NCBI GenBank assembly: GCA_015233035.1
Contig: JADFYM010000004.1
Location: 5,839 to 37,838, forward strand
Direction: 5' to 3'
Length of the DNA stretch: 32,000 bases
Origin: Magnetococcales bacterium
Lineage (GTDB): Bacteria; Pseudomonadota; Magnetococcia; Magnetococcales; Magnetaquicoccaceae
Shown: positions 15,885 through 26,727 of the stretch, one piece after another
Layout of the letters: each line of letters begins with the position of its first letter
How positions within the stretch are numbered: position 1 is the first letter of the stretch
Notes under the pieces: generated by a model
What the model was told of the DNA's origin: nothing
Databases searched by the model: none
Seen by the model: only the letters and a program-made list of their open reading frames with translations
Made by a program: the position numbers and the translations under genes

Positions 15885-17216
15885 CTATCGCCGACCGCGA
15901 ATCTTCGCCCTTTGCATCAACCCTTCATACTGCCGACTGATCAAAAACGACTGAATCTGCGATGCCGTATCCATTGTCACCCCCACCACAATCAACATGG
16001 AGGTGCCCCCAAAATAAAAAGGGACATTATAGCTGGCAATCAATATCTCTGGCAACAAACAAACACTCGCCACATAAACGGCCCCCACCAGCGTCAACCG
16101 GGTCAGGATGGCATCCAAATATTTGGCCGTCTGAAACCCCGGACGAATCCCCGGCACAAACCCCCCATACTTGCGCAGATTATCCGCCGTCTCTTCTGGA
16201 TTGAACACGATGGCCGTATAAAAAAAACAGAAAAAGACAATGGCCAGCGCGTACACCACCGCATGGAGCACCGTCCCAGGAGACAACTGCGCCGCCGCCG
16301 CCTTCAGTATATCCCAGGGGGCAAAATTGGCAATCGTCACCGGAAACAAAATAATGGAACTGGCAAAAATGGGCGGAATCACCCCCGCCGTGTTGATCTT
16401 CAATGGCAGATGGGTACTCTCCCCGCCCACCATGCGCCGCCCGCTGACCTGTCGCTTGGCATACTGCACCGTGATGCGACGTTGCGCCCGCTCCATGAAA
16501 ATAATAAACGCCGTCACACCCACCGAAATGACCAACAGCAACAAGACAAACAACGGCTGCAAATCACCGGTACGGGCCAACTGCAAAGTGCGCGCCAGAG
16601 CCACCGGCAGATTGGCCACAATCCCCGAATAGATGATCAGCGAAATGCCGTTGCCAATACCACGCGCCGTAATCTGCTCCCCCACCCACATGATGAAGGC
16701 CGTACCACTGGTGAGCGTCAATACCGTCAGCAGACGAAAATGCCAGCCCGGTTCCACCACCACGCTCATGCCACCCGCCTGCATGGACTCCAGCCCATAG
16801 GCAATGCCAAAGCCCTGGAAAACAGATAAGACAACCGTCCCATAGCGCGTATACTGATTGATCTTCCGCCGCCCCAGCTCCCCCTCTTTCTTGATCGCCT
16901 CCAACCTCGGCACCACAGCCGTCATCAATTGCAAAATGATGGAGGAGGAAATATAGGGCATGATTCCCAGAGCAAACACGGTCAACCGCGACAATGCACC
17001 ACCGGAAAACATGTTGAACATACCCAACAACGTGCCCTGCTGCTGCGCAAAAAAAGCCGCCAAAGCCCGGGGATCTATCCCCGGCGTGGGCACATGGGCA
17101 CCAATCCGAAAGACGATCAACATACCCAAGGTAAACAGCAGACGACTACGCAGCTCTGGTATCTTGCCCAGATTGGCCAAGCCTGCAAACGGTGACTGCG
17201 CTTCAACGGTGGCCAT
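15885..17216 (-). CDS. secY: Preprotein translocase subunit SecY
   Basis: 443 aa; [28 protein letters not shown]...; polytopic membrane protein; lies between rplO and rpmJ. Confidence 0.97.
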   Translation of the reverse strand: MATVEAQSPFAGLANLGKIPELRSRLLFTLGMLIVFRIGAHVPTPGIDPRALAAFFAQQQGTLLGMFNMFSGGALSRLTVFALGIMPYISSSIILQLMTAVVPRLEAIKKEGELGRRKINQYTRYGTVVLSVFQGFGIAYGLESMQAGGMSVVVEPGWHFRLLTVLTLTSGTAFIMWVGEQITARGIGNGISLIIYSGIVANLPVALARTLQLARTGDLQPLFVLLLLVISVGVTAFIIFMERAQRRITVQYAKRQVSGRRMVGGESTHLPLKINTAGVIPPIFASSIILFPVTIANFAPWDILKAAAAQLSPGTVLHAVVYALAIVFFCFFYTAIVFNPEETADNLRKYGGFVPGIRPGFQTAKYLDAILTRLTLVGAVYVASVCLLPEILIASYNVPFYFGGTSMLIVVGVTMDTASQIQSFLISRQYEGLMQRAKIRGRR

Positions 17217-17227
17217 TCAACCACTCC

Positions 17228-17680
17228 TTAAGAGGATGCACCACTCAACACCACTCTACCACCAACCGCTTCAATCTTCTCTTGGGCCGATCGACTGCAC
17301 TTGTCCGCATGGACAATCAGAGCCTTCGACAACTGCCCATCCCCCAACAGCTTGACGCCGTCTTTGAGACGCCCCACCAAGCCATTGGTACGCAAATCCT
17401 CTATCTGAACCTCGGAGCCGCCTGGAAAAATCTCCAGATCCTCCACCTGCACCAAGGCATAATATTCCTTGAAAGGACTCCGGAAACCCCGCTTCGGCAA
17501 CCGCCGTTGCAACGGCATCTGACCGCCTTCAAACCCCACCTTGTGGTAACCACCCGAACGGGCTGCCTGCCCCTTGGTCCCCCGACCGGCGGTCTTGCCA
17601 TTACCCGAGCCGATACCCAACCCCTTCCGTTTGCCCTCTATACGACCAGCCGGGCTGGCGGGCAATTGATTCAGTTTCAT
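17228..17680 (-). CDS. rplO: 50S ribosomal protein L15
   Basis: MKLNQLPASPAGRIEGKRKGLGIGSGNGKTAGRGTKGQ... Start set to the ATG at 17678-17680 (ORF track starts 17 codons earlier). Confidence 0.95.
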   Translation of the reverse strand: MKLNQLPASPAGRIEGKRKGLGIGSGNGKTAGRGTKGQAARSGGYHKVGFEGGQMPLQRRLPKRGFRSPFKEYYALVQVEDLEIFPGGSEVQIEDLRTNGLVGRLKDGVKLLGDGQLSKALIVHADKCSRSAQEKIEAVGGRVVLSGASS

Positions 17681-17740
17681 TGCAAAATAACCTTTTTGTT
17701 TCGAGGCATCCAGTGAGTAACTGCAACACACACCAGGTGA

Positions 17741-17920
17741 TCAGTCTACAATCTGAACCAAATGCTGCACCTTGCGAATCATGCCACGCACATTCGGTGT
17801 ATCCACCAACTCCCGAACATGGTGCATCCGCCGGAGACCAAGCCCTTGCACCACCAGCCTGTGCTTCTCAGGCCGTCCGGCCACAGAACGAACCTGCTTC
17901 ACTTTCACTGTGTTCGCCAT
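17741..17920 (-). CDS. rpmD: 50S ribosomal protein L30
   Basis: [38 protein letters not shown]... Start set to the ATG at 17918-17920. Confidence 0.95.
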   Translation of the reverse strand: MANTVKVKQVRSVAGRPEKHRLVVQGLGLRRMHHVRELVDTPNVRGMIRKVQHLVQIVD

Positions 17921-17953
17921 GATCCACACCCTTTTACCCACATAAACCAGAAT

Positions 17954-18463
17954 CTAAGACCGCTTGTCGGCTATCTCTTGCGGCGAACGAATGGACTGCA
18001 AGGCCGCAAACGTGGCCTTGATCAAATTGTGCGGATTGGAAGTACCCGTCGACTTGGCCAGCACATCCCGAATACCCAAGGCTTCAAAAATGGGCCGCAT
18101 GGATCCACCCGCAATAATGCCCGTTCCTTCCGCTGCCGGACGCATCACCACACTGCCCGCGCCATAACGCCCCACAATCTCGTGATACAAAGTCCGTCCA
18201 TCCCGGATGGGAATCGGCACCAGGCTTTTCCGCGCCTTCTCCGTGGCCTTGCGGATACTCTCGGGCACTTCCTTGGCCTTACCCAAGCCATACCCGACCT
18301 CTCCTTGACCATTCCCGACCACGACAATCGCTGAAAAACTAAAGCGGCTTCCACCCTTGACCACCTTGGCAGTCCGTTTGATGGTCACCAACCGCTCAAT
18401 CATATCATCGCTTTGCCAAGTCTCAGCCCGCTCTTCGGGCACTCCACGGCGTGTCTTCGACAT
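17954..18463 (-). CDS. rpsE: 30S ribosomal protein S5
   Basis: ERLVTIKRTAKVVKGGSRFSFSAIVVVGNGQGEVGYGLGKAKEVP..., 169 aa. Confidence 0.97.
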   Translation of the reverse strand: MSKTRRGVPEERAETWQSDDMIERLVTIKRTAKVVKGGSRFSFSAIVVVGNGQGEVGYGLGKAKEVPESIRKATEKARKSLVPIPIRDGRTLYHEIVGRYGAGSVVMRPAAEGTGIIAGGSMRPIFEALGIRDVLAKSTGTSNPHNLIKATFAALQSIRSPQEIADKRS

Positions 18464-18516
18464 TAATGCTCCCCGTCAGCGTACAAAACTCTCAAATCGT
18501 GAGCAGACCACTCCGG

Positions 18517-18882
18517 CTAAAATTCCAACCCGCCCTCGCGAGCCGAATCCGCCAAAGCCTTAACCCTTCCGTGAAACAGGCAACCGCCCCGATCAAAAAC
18601 GACTTGCCGGATATTGGCCTGTAGTGCCCGCTCCGCAATGGACCGACCCACCACCATGGCCGCCTCCCTGTTCCCGCCATTTTTTATCTGGCTACGAATC
18701 CCCTCTTCCAGGGTAGAGGCCGCCACCAGTGTCCGCCCCTGCGTATCATCAATGATCTGCGCATAAATATGGCTCACACTGCGAAACACCGATAATCTAA
18801 GGCGATCCCCACAGGTCCGTGCGATCTGATAACGAACCCGGTCCGCCCGGACCCGCCTGGCCGCATGCCGATTCTTTGCCAT
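18517..18882 (-). CDS. rplR: 50S ribosomal protein L18
   Basis: [29 protein letters not shown]...[26 protein letters not shown], 121 aa. Confidence 0.97.
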   Translation of the reverse strand: MAKNRHAARRVRADRVRYQIARTCGDRLRLSVFRSVSHIYAQIIDDTQGRTLVAASTLEEGIRSQIKNGGNREAAMVVGRSIAERALQANIRQVVFDRGGCLFHGRVKALADSAREGGLEF

Positions 18883-18903
18883 CCAAAAATCCCCTTGATC
18901 AAG

Positions 18904-19434
18904 TTACTTCTTCTTGCCTTCTTTTCTCAGGACCGTTTCCCCAGCATTGCGGACACCCTTGCCCTTGTATGGCTCCGGTGGTCTGAACCGCCGAATATCC
19001 GCACAAGCCTGTCCGATCTTCTCCCGATCCATGCCAGAAAGGGTCACCAAAACATTCTTTTCCACCTGGGCCGTTACGCCAACCGGCAGCACATAATCAA
19101 TCGGATGCGAAAAGCCCAGATTGAGTTGCAAACCGACTTCACTGACCGCCGCCCGGTAGCCAACGCCCTGGATTTCCAATACCCTCGAAAAGCCCTTGGA
19201 AACACCCACCACCATATTATCCAACAAGGTCCGGGACAAACCCCACAGGGCCTTGGTCCCTTCCCGGCTTTGCATCGTCACCGTCAACCCGCCCTCCACC
19301 CGATCAATCCGCACACCGGGATGAAACGCGCGCGACAACGTACCCAGCTTGCCCGTCACGGTCACTGTTTGACTCTCTACGGTCACTTCCACCCCCTGGG
19401 GAACAGAAATGGACCTCTTTCCTATCCTGGACAT
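18904..19434 (-). CDS. rplF: 50S ribosomal protein L6
   Basis: MSRIGKRSISVPQGVEVTV... The ORF-track start at 19440 is a TTG two codons upstream; the ATG at 19432-19434 is preferred. Confidence 0.95.
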   Translation of the reverse strand: MSRIGKRSISVPQGVEVTVESQTVTVTGKLGTLSRAFHPGVRIDRVEGGLTVTMQSREGTKALWGLSRTLLDNMVVGVSKGFSRVLEIQGVGYRAAVSEVGLQLNLGFSHPIDYVLPVGVTAQVEKNVLVTLSGMDREKIGQACADIRRFRPPEPYKGKGVRNAGETVLRKEGKKK

Positions 19435-19454
19435 GCTCAATGAATCCTTAGAAC

Positions 19455-19853
19455 TCAGAAGACGGTGCAGATCAACTCGCCACCAACGCCCATCTTGCGG
19501 GCCCGACGGTTCGACAGCAACCCCTTGCTGGTGGAAAGAATGGATATACCCAACCCCTGATACACCCGAGGAATTTCATCCCAGCCCACATATACCCGCC
19601 GGCCAGGGCGAGACCGCCGCTTGATCTCCTCGATCACCGCCCGGCCCGCATGATATTTCAGTGCCACCCGAAAATAGCTCTGCGCAGACTCCACGGCCAG
19701 CATCTCAATGCCCGACACATACCCCTCCTCCACCAAAATCTCACCAATCCGCAGCTTGATCTTGGAGGTCGGTACATCCACAAAATCCTTCCGAACAGCT
19801 TGCGCGTTGCGGATACGGGTCAGCATATCACTGATCGGGTCGGTCATTCCCAT
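19455..19853 (-). CDS. rpsH: 30S ribosomal protein S8
   Basis: M(GM)[17 protein letters not shown]... Start set to the ATG at 19851-19853 (GGGAG 10 nt upstream); the second ATG at 19845-19847 is also possible. The ORF-track extension is spurious. Confidence 0.94.
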   Translation of the reverse strand: MGMTDPISDMLTRIRNAQAVRKDFVDVPTSKIKLRIGEILVEEGYVSGIEMLAVESAQSYFRVALKYHAGRAVIEEIKRRSRPGRRVYVGWDEIPRVYQGLGISILSTSKGLLSNRRARKMGVGGELICTVF

Positions 19854-19994
19854 GTCAAAAAGGCTCCCATGCTCAATCTGCCAGCGACACCACAACCGGC
19901 GACACCACAAACGCACCCATACGGTACGCCAACTTAGTCCTGTGTACCAACAGAGGCAACCCCAACGCCCCCATCGCTGCTGCCCGGCAGACCC

Positions 19995-20180
19995 CTACCA
20001 GGAAGCCTTGACAATGCCCGGTATTTCGCCGCGCAAAGCCAATGTCCGCATACAAATTCGGCACAGATGAAAATCCCGCAGATACCCTCTGGGACGCGAA
20101 CACCGGGCACACCGATGGTACGCCCGAACCTGAAACTTGGGCTTGCGCTTACACTTGGCTATCAGCGATTTCTTGGCCAT
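19995..20180 (-). CDS. rpsN: 30S ribosomal protein S14, short Zn-ribbon (type Z) form, 61 aa
   Basis: [61 protein letters not shown], with CxxC...CxxC. Confidence 0.96.
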   Translation of the reverse strand: MAKKSLIAKCKRKPKFQVRAYHRCARCSRPRGYLRDFHLCRICMRTLALRGEIPGIVKASW

Positions 20181-20206
20181 GTCGGAGACAATTCCCTACC
20201 ATCAAA

Positions 20207-20746
20207 TCAGTTCATAAAAGGAACACGGAAACCCCGCAACAATGCCTTGGCCTCCCGATCGGTCTTGGCACTGGTAACGATCACAATATCCATCCCCCGC
20301 ACCGCATCCACCTTGTCATAGTCAATCTCGGGAAAAATAATCTGCTCCTTCAACCCCAAAGCATAATTTCCCCGTCCGTCAAAAGACTTTCCCGAAACAC
20401 CCCGAAAGTCACGCACACGTGGCAAAGCCACGTTGATCAAACGGTCCAAAAATTCATACATGCGGTCACGGCGCAAGGTCACACTACAGCCGACCGGCAT
20501 CCCCTTGCGCACCTTGAACCCCGCAATCGATTTTTTCGCCCGGGTAACGACCGCCTTCTGCCCCGCAATGGCGGTCATATCCTGCACCGCACCATTCATG
20601 GCATTCTTGTCGGCCACCGCCTCGCCAACGCCCATGTTGACGACAACCTTTACCACTCTCGGCACCTGCATGCAGTTCGTATAACCGAACTCCTCCTTGA
20701 GCTTGGCAACGATCTCCTGCTCATAAATTCCCTTCAACCTGGCCAT
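20207..20746 (-). CDS. rplE: 50S ribosomal protein L5
   Basis: [43 protein letters not shown]..., 179 aa. Confidence 0.97.
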   Translation of the reverse strand: MARLKGIYEQEIVAKLKEEFGYTNCMQVPRVVKVVVNMGVGEAVADKNAMNGAVQDMTAIAGQKAVVTRAKKSIAGFKVRKGMPVGCSVTLRRDRMYEFLDRLINVALPRVRDFRGVSGKSFDGRGNYALGLKEQIIFPEIDYDKVDAVRGMDIVIVTSAKTDREAKALLRGFRVPFMN

Positions 20747-20788
20747 ATCAAAATCCTTGGAGCAAACATTCCCAAACCGCTCGACCGA

Positions 20789-21118
20789 CTACCGATCAAC
20801 GACTTCCCCGGAGCCACACATAACCCGAACCTTGCGTCCGTCCCCCAAAAACTTTTTGCCCAGCCGGACCCCCTTGCCACTCGTGACGTCCAAAAACATC
20901 ACGTTGGAAATGTCAATCGGGGCTTCCTTCTCCACAATCCCCCCCTCCTGGCCTTTCTGCGGCTTGGTGTGCCGCTTGACCATATTGACCCGTTCCACGA
21001 GCACCGATCCCTCTTTCAGAAGAACCTGCAGGATACGACCCCGCTTGCCTCTATCCTTCCCGGCGATGACAACCACTTGGTCGCCCTTCTTCAGGTTGGT
21101 CTTGATCTTATCCTTCAT
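20789..21118 (-). CDS. rplX: 50S ribosomal protein L24
   Basis: [32 protein letters not shown]... ATG at 21116-21118 follows AGGTGA; the ORF-track start at 21127 is a GTG abutting the rplN stop. Confidence 0.94.
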   Translation of the reverse strand: MKDKIKTNLKKGDQVVVIAGKDRGKRGRILQVLLKEGSVLVERVNMVKRHTKPQKGQEGGIVEKEAPIDISNVMFLDVTSGKGVRLGKKFLGDGRKVRVMCGSGEVVDR

Positions 21119-21127
21119 CGTCGTCAC

Positions 21128-21496
21128 CTAAAGCACTTCCGGAGCCAGGGAGATGATCTTCATATAATTTCTGGCACGCAACTCCCGGGTAACCGGGCCA
21201 AAAATGCGCGTCCCAATCGGTTCCCCCGCTTTGTTGATCAAAACCGCCGCATTGCTGTCAAAACGAATATAGCTGCCATCGTCACGGGTTGTCTCCTTGC
21301 GGGTACGTACCACCACCGCCCGAGCCACCTCCCCTTTCTTGACCTTGCCACGCGGAATGGCCACCTTGACCGACACGGTAATCACATCACCCACCCGGGC
21401 ATACCGACGCTTGGAACCACCCAATACCTTGATGCACTGGACCTTCTTCGCCCCAGAATTGTCCGCCACATCCAGAACAGTCTCAACCTGAATCAT
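21128..21496 (-). CDS. rplN: 50S ribosomal protein L14
   Basis: [39 protein letters not shown]..., 122 aa; ATGA overlap with the rpsQ stop. Confidence 0.97.
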   Translation of the reverse strand: MIQVETVLDVADNSGAKKVQCIKVLGGSKRRYARVGDVITVSVKVAIPRGKVKKGEVARAVVVRTRKETTRDDGSYIRFDSNAAVLINKAGEPIGTRIFGPVTRELRARNYMKIISLAPEVL

Positions 21497-21732
21497 GCAA
21501 CATCCTCCCCGACCACCGTCCAGTGCTTATCTTTGCTGATCGGCGGACATTCACGAATCCTGACCAGATCCCCTGTCCGATGTTGGTTCTCCGCATCGTG
21601 CGCCTTATATTTCTTGGAACGCCGCAAGATCTTACCGTACAGCTCATGTTGAACCTTGCGCTCAACCTTCACCACGACGGTCTTATCCATCTTGTCACTG
21701 ACGACGACCCCTTGCAGAATCCGTTGCGCCAT
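21493..21732 (-). CDS. rpsQ: 30S ribosomal protein S17
   Basis: [41 protein letters not shown]..., 79 aa. Confidence 0.97.
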   Translation of the reverse strand: MAQRILQGVVVSDKMDKTVVVKVERKVQHELYGKILRRSKKYKAHDAENQHRTGDLVRIRECPPISKDKHWTVVGEDVA

Positions 21733-21734
21733 CT

Positions 21735-21938
21735 CTACGCCCCCAACCCTTGGTCCGACCGTGACCCGGCAACGGTCCGAATACGCGCAATCTCCCGGCG
21801 TACTTGCCGAATGCGCGCCGTATTATCCAATTGCGCCGTCGCATTACGAAAACGCAAATTAAATGACTCCTGATACAACTCCTGCAACCGCGCAGACACA
21901 CCGTCCGCTGAAAGCTTTCTGATCTCGGCGATTTTCAT
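21735..21938 (-). CDS. rpmC: 50S ribosomal protein L29
   Basis: [53 protein letters not shown]..., 67 aa. Confidence 0.96.
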   Translation of the reverse strand: MKIAEIRKLSADGVSARLQELYQESFNLRFRNATAQLDNTARIRQVRREIARIRTVAGSRSDQGLGA

Positions 21939-21948
21939 GACTCAATAC

Positions 21949-22368
21949 TCACGCCCCCCGTCCCTGGTCAACAAACTTGGTGGGAATAGGCAACTTGGCA
22001 CTGGCCAAACGCATGGCCTCCCGCGCCAACGCCTCAGAGACACCTTCCATCTCATAGAGAATGCGCCCCGCCTTTACCCGGGCAATCCAAAACTCGGGAT
22101 TCCCCTTCCCCTTCCCCTGGCGCACCTCAGCCGGCTTGGAAGAGACCGGTACATTGGGAAACATGCGTATCCAGATGCGCCCGCCACGCTTGATATGGCG
22201 CGTCATCGCTCGCCGGGCCGCCTCAATTTGCCGAGCCGTCAAACGCCCCGCACGCATGGCCTTCAAACCGAACTGGCCGTAGCTCAACTCAGCCGCACTA
22301 TGGGCCAAACCGTGGATCCGCCCCTTATGGGCCTTGCGAAACTTGGTCTTCTTGGGTTGCAGCAACAT
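21949..22368 (-). CDS. rplP: 50S ribosomal protein L16
   Basis: [22 protein letters not shown]..., 139 aa. Confidence 0.97.
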   Translation of the reverse strand: MLLQPKKTKFRKAHKGRIHGLAHSAAELSYGQFGLKAMRAGRLTARQIEAARRAMTRHIKRGGRIWIRMFPNVPVSSKPAEVRQGKGKGNPEFWIARVKAGRILYEMEGVSEALAREAMRLASAKLPIPTKFVDQGRGA

Positions 22369-22411
22369 TTCGAACCAACCTTATATTTTTCGATGGATCG
22401 GCACGGCAAAC

Positions 22412-23056
22412 TCACGCCCGCTTCTCGTCCTTCTCGTTAACTTCCCCCTTGAACACCCAGACCTTGACCCCAATCAAACCGTAGGTGGTCAAGGCGTCGG
22501 AAAATCCATACTCAATATCCGCTCGCAAGGTGTGCAGGGGAACCCGCCCCTCCCGATACCATTCGGTCCGGGCAATCTCTCCACCGCCCAACCGCCCCGC
22601 ACAGTTGATGCGAATACCCTGCACCCCCAACCGCATGGCAGATGTCACGGCCCGTTTCATGGCGCGCCGAAAGGCTACCCGACGAACCAATTGTTGCGCC
22701 ACATTCTCCGCAATCAATTGTGCCTCGGCCTCCGGCTTCCGCACCTCCACAATATTGATCTGAACCTCAGTACTGGCCACCTTGGCCAAATCCTGCTTCA
22801 GCTTTTCAATATCCGCCCCTTTCTTACCAATGATAATCCCAGGACGGGCCGAGTGAATATTGATGCGCGCCTTCTTGGCCGGTCGCTCAATCACCACCCG
22901 GGAAACACTCGCATGTTCGAGACGCTTCATGATCCACTTCCTGAGCATGACATCCTCAAGGAGAAGTGACGCAAACGCCTTATCGGCATACCATCTGGTA
23001 TCCCAGGTCTTGGAAATACCCAGACGAAATCCGGTTGGATGTACCTTGTGCCCCAT
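22412..23056 (-). CDS. rpsC: 30S ribosomal protein S3
   Basis: [26 protein letters not shown]..., KH domain, 214 aa. Confidence 0.97.
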   Translation of the reverse strand: MGHKVHPTGFRLGISKTWDTRWYADKAFASLLLEDVMLRKWIMKRLEHASVSRVVIERPAKKARINIHSARPGIIIGKKGADIEKLKQDLAKVASTEVQINIVEVRKPEAEAQLIAENVAQQLVRRVAFRRAMKRAVTSAMRLGVQGIRINCAGRLGGGEIARTEWYREGRVPLHTLRADIEYGFSDALTTYGLIGVKVWVFKGEVNEKDEKRA

Positions 23057-23114
23057 TGGCTACCACTCCATCCCTAACTTACCAAACCATTTGGCCGAGC
23101 CACCATGGCTGGGC

Positions 23115-23453
23115 TTATTCCTTGGACCGCACCGCAACCGTCACGTGAGAACCCCATTTGATGATCCGACTGGCACGACCCCGCGCCCGCGGACGAAACC
23201 GCTTCATGACGGTTCCCTTGTCCGCATACGCCTGCGAAACAAACAAGGTATCGACATCCAAGCTCAAATTGTTCTCCGCATTGGCCACCGCAGACTTGAG
23301 CGTCTCCCGCACCGCCTGGGCCATGCGCTTCTTTGAATACAGCAAAACATTCAAAGCCGCATCCACCTTCAGTCCGCGTATCTGGTCCAACAACAGCCGT
23401 ACCTTGCTGGGAGAACCTCTCATGTTTTGCAGCCTGGCAACCGCTTCTTCCAT
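23115..23453 (-). CDS. rplV: 50S ribosomal protein L22
   Basis: RGSPSKVRLLLDQIRGLKVDAALNVLLYSKKRMAQ..., 112 aa. Confidence 0.97.
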   Translation of the reverse strand: MEEAVARLQNMRGSPSKVRLLLDQIRGLKVDAALNVLLYSKKRMAQAVRETLKSAVANAENNLSLDVDTLFVSQAYADKGTVMKRFRPRARGRASRIIKWGSHVTVAVRSKE

Positions 23454-23469
23454 CTTTAAAATACCTCAG

Positions 23470-23745
23470 CTACCGGGATGACTTCTTGTCACCACCATGA
23501 CCATGAAAAGTCCGTGTGGGAGAAAACTCCCCAAACTTATGCCCCACCATGTTTTCCGTCACCAAGACCGGAATAAACTTCTTACCGTTATGAACACCAA
23601 AGGTGAACCCAACAAAATCCGGTATGATGGTAGAACGCCGCGACCAAGTCTTGACCAACTCCTTGCGTCCCGCCGTCCTGAGCTTATCGACCCGCTTCAA
23701 CAAAAAATCATCAAAGAACGGGCCTTTCTTAATGGATCGCGCCAC
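23470..23745 (-). CDS. rpsS: 30S ribosomal protein S19
   Basis: [19 protein letters not shown]...[31 protein letters not shown]; GTG start (plus-strand cac at 23743-23745). Confidence 0.96.
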   Translation of the reverse strand: MARSIKKGPFFDDFLLKRVDKLRTAGRKELVKTWSRRSTIIPDFVGFTFGVHNGKKFIPVLVTENMVGHKFGEFSPTRTFHGHGGDKKSSR

Positions 23746-23775
23746 GATTCACCTCTTGCCTCCTAATGGTCACCC

Positions 23776-24597
23776 TCACCGCCGCCGCATGATCAACCGA
23801 CTGGACGGCTTATCCTTATCCCGGGTCTTCTTGCCCTTGGTCGGAACGCCCCATGGTGTCACAGGATGACGACCACCAGAAGTCCGTCCCTCGCCCCCCC
23901 CATGCGGATGATCCACCGGGTTCATCGCCACACCACGCACACTGGGCCGCCAGCCCATCCACCGTTTCCGCCCGGCCTTGCCAATCTTGACATTGCCATG
24001 ATCGGGATTCGACACCAAACCGATCGTCGCCATGCAATCCAGCAATACCAGACGCATCTCACCGGAGGGCAATTTGAGCTGCGCATACTTGCCTTCCTTG
24101 CCCATCAACTGGGTCTGACTGCCTGCCGAGCGCGCCATCTGCCCGCCCTTCTCCGGCTTCATCTCCACATTGTGAACAATCGTCCCGACCGGAATCATGC
24201 GCAACGGCAACGCATTGCCAGGCTTGATCTCCGCCGTCTTGCCCGCCACCAGCTCATCCCCTACAGCAACCCGTTGCGGTGCGAGGATATACCTCTTCTC
24301 CCCGTCTGCATAGTGCAAAAGCGCAATAAACGCCGTCCGGTTCGGATCATATTCAAGACGTGCCACCCGCGCCGGAATGTCAAACTTGTTCCGTCGGAAA
24401 TCCACCTCCCGATACAATCTCTTGTGACCCCCGCCCCGATGCCGGACAGTCATCCGACCATGGCAGTTGCGCCCGCCACTCTTGCTCAGACCGCTCACCA
24501 GCGACTCTTCAGGTCCTTCCTGAGAGAGCGTCCGATAATCGACCGATACCTGTGCCCGCTTGCCATTGGAAGTAGGCTTATATTTTTTCAGTGCCAT
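23776..24597 (-). CDS. rplB: 50S ribosomal protein L2
   Basis: [17 protein letters not shown]...[29 protein letters not shown] at 24595-24597 lies 9 nt after GGAG; the ORF-track GTG at 24606 is 3 codons upstream. Confidence 0.96.
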   Translation of the reverse strand: MALKKYKPTSNGKRAQVSVDYRTLSQEGPEESLVSGLSKSGGRNCHGRMTVRHRGGGHKRLYREVDFRRNKFDIPARVARLEYDPNRTAFIALLHYADGEKRYILAPQRVAVGDELVAGKTAEIKPGNALPLRMIPVGTIVHNVEMKPEKGGQMARSAGSQTQLMGKEGKYAQLKLPSGEMRLVLLDCMATIGLVSNPDHGNVKIGKAGRKRWMGWRPSVRGVAMNPVDHPHGGGEGRTSGGRHPVTPWGVPTKGKKTRDKDKPSSRLIMRRR

Positions 24598-24674
24598 GGA
24601 TACCACTCCGGCCTTCTACGCTGTGCTCTCGGCAGGTCCCAGCCAGACTTGCCCTCAAAGCCCGCTAAAGCTTC

Positions 24675-24974
24675 TCAAGATTTCTCAAAAAAGTCAATGC
24701 TCTGGCCCGCCTTCAGCCGTACAATGGCCTTCTTCCAGTCTTTCCGCTGCCCCGCCACCTTGCCAACCCGCTTTTGCTTGCCCTGCATGCTCACGGTTTG
24801 CACAGCCAATACATCCACTTTAAACATTTTCTCGACCGCCGCCTTGATCTGCCATTTGTTGGCAGTGGGAGCCACCTTGAAAATAACCTGGTTGCCCTGA
24901 CCCAGACAGAAGGTCGCCTTCTCCGTCACCCAGGGAGAGTGCAACACTTGAAACAGCCCACCCAAATCGCTCAT
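24675..24974 (-). CDS. rplW: 50S ribosomal protein L23
   Basis: LHSPWVTEKATF...VIFKVAPTANKWQIKAAVEKMFKVDVLAVQT..., 99 aa; ATGA overlap with the rplD stop. Confidence 0.96.
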   Translation of the reverse strand: MSDLGGLFQVLHSPWVTEKATFCLGQGNQVIFKVAPTANKWQIKAAVEKMFKVDVLAVQTVSMQGKQKRVGKVAGQRKDWKKAIVRLKAGQSIDFFEKS

Positions 24975-25594
24975 GCCAGCCTCTCTTGTAACCGGTTCAA
25001 GGCCGCCTCGGTCAGCACCACCTTCTCGTGGGCCAGCAGATCATACACATTGACCCCTTCCACGCGCATGACATCAATCCCAGGCAGGTTGCGCACCGAC
25101 AATTCCACCGTGCTGTCCGCCTCGGGCAGCACCACCAACGCCGAACGCTCCACCCCCAACGCCGCCAAAATGGCCCGCGCCGCACTGGTCTTGACCTCAG
25201 ACAGATGGAACCCCTCCAACACAATCAACTCCCCCGCCTCCCACTTGGCGGACAAAGCCACCTGCAAAGCCAACCGACGGACCTTCTTGGGCAGTTTGTG
25301 CGCATAGCTGTGTGGAATCGGTCCAAACACAATACCACCCGTGCGAAACTGCGGCGCGCGCGCCGTCCCCTGCCGCGCATTACCCGTTCCCTTCTGGCGA
25401 TAGGGCTTCTTGCCACCACCAGAAACTTCCGAACGCCTCTTGGTGCAGGCATTCCCACCCCGACGACCAGCCAACTGATAGTTTACCGTCCGAGCCAGCA
25501 AATCCGCACGAATTTCACGTCCAAAGATCGCCTCTTGCAAGGGAACCCGGCGCAACTCCTGGTTGCCCGCATCTACTACAGGAATCTCAATCAT
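24971..25594 (-). CDS. rplD: 50S ribosomal protein L4
   Basis: [34 protein letters not shown]..., 207 aa. Confidence 0.97.
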   Translation of the reverse strand: MIEIPVVDAGNQELRRVPLQEAIFGREIRADLLARTVNYQLAGRRGGNACTKRRSEVSGGGKKPYRQKGTGNARQGTARAPQFRTGGIVFGPIPHSYAHKLPKKVRRLALQVALSAKWEAGELIVLEGFHLSEVKTSAARAILAALGVERSALVVLPEADSTVELSVRNLPGIDVMRVEGVNVYDLLAHEKVVLTEAALNRLQERLA

Positions 25595-25606
25595 TATTCC
25601 AGCACC

Positions 25607-26254
25607 TTAAGATGATTTGGCGATACCCTTGACCGCATCCCGGATCAACACAACCGATCCCTTCGATCCGGGAACACTGCCTTTGACGACCAGCAGATTG
25701 CGCTCCGCATCCATCACAGTCACCACAAGATTTTGTACCGTCACCTGAACATCGCCCATGTGACCCGCCATCTTCTTGTTCTTGAACACCCGACCCGGCG
25801 TCTGACACTGCCCGATGGAACCCGGAGAACGATGGGTCAGATGCGTACCATGGGTCGCCCGTCCACCGCGAAATCCCCAGCGTTTCATGACCCCTGCAAA
25901 ACCCTTGCCGATACCCTGTCCGGTCACATCGACCACCTGGTTCACCGGAAACAGCTCAACGGTCAGAGATTGGCCGACATCATACGGGGCACAATCATCG
26001 ACCCGAAACTCACGCAACACCCGCTTGGGCGTCACATTGGCCTTGGCATAAAACCCCTTGACCGGTTTTTTTCCGCGCGACGGCTTCATCTCTTCAAAGC
26101 CCAACTGAACCGCATTATAACCATGCGCATCCGTCGTCTTGAGACCCACCACCTGACACGGCCCAGCCTGCAGGACCGTCACGGGCCAACTCTTGCCATC
26201 CTCGGTAAAAATCCGGGTCATACCCAGCTTTCGGCCTATCAATCCCGCACGCAT
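25607..26254 (-). CDS. rplC: 50S ribosomal protein L3
   Basis: MRAGLIGRKLGMTRIFTEDGKSWPVTVLQAGPCQVV..., 215 aa. Confidence 0.97.
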   Translation of the reverse strand: MRAGLIGRKLGMTRIFTEDGKSWPVTVLQAGPCQVVGLKTTDAHGYNAVQLGFEEMKPSRGKKPVKGFYAKANVTPKRVLREFRVDDCAPYDVGQSLTVELFPVNQVVDVTGQGIGKGFAGVMKRWGFRGGRATHGTHLTHRSPGSIGQCQTPGRVFKNKKMAGHMGDVQVTVQNLVVTVMDAERNLLVVKGSVPGSKGSVVLIRDAVKGIAKSS

Positions 26255-26343
26255 CCCAGATCCTCTCTCTTTCGCAAAAACTCAACTTTCACCGCCAGCC
26301 CCTGCCGACCAGACAACGCCGGTCGAACCGATTCCGGTAAAAG

Positions 26344-26652
26344 TTACAGTTTAATCTCAACGTTAACGCCCGCAGCGAGATCCAGCTTCATCAGCGCATC
26401 CACCGTCTGAGGCGTGGGATTGATGATATCAATCACCCGCTTATGGGTCCGAATCTCAAACTGCTCACGGGACTTTTTGTCCACATGAGGAGACCTAAGA
26501 ACGGTCCACCGACTGATTTTGGTCGGCAAGGGGATCGGCCCCCGAATCTCAGCACCCGTCCGACGCGCGGTCTGTACAATCTCGCCCGTCGACTGATCCA
26601 AAATTCGATGATCAAATGCCCTCAACCGAATACGTATTTTCTGGTTTTCCAT
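26344..26652 (-). CDS. rpsJ: 30S ribosomal protein S10
   Basis: [41 protein letters not shown]...[12 protein letters not shown], 102 aa. Confidence 0.97.
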   Translation of the reverse strand: MENQKIRIRLRAFDHRILDQSTGEIVQTARRTGAEIRGPIPLPTKISRWTVLRSPHVDKKSREQFEIRTHKRVIDIINPTPQTVDALMKLDLAAGVNVEIKL

Positions 26653-26727
26653 TCAGATTCGCCCCAGCGTCCTTCCGATCATGCTTCCGTCAGACTGCAT
26701 CCCGTGATAACCGTCGCGCAACAACCG

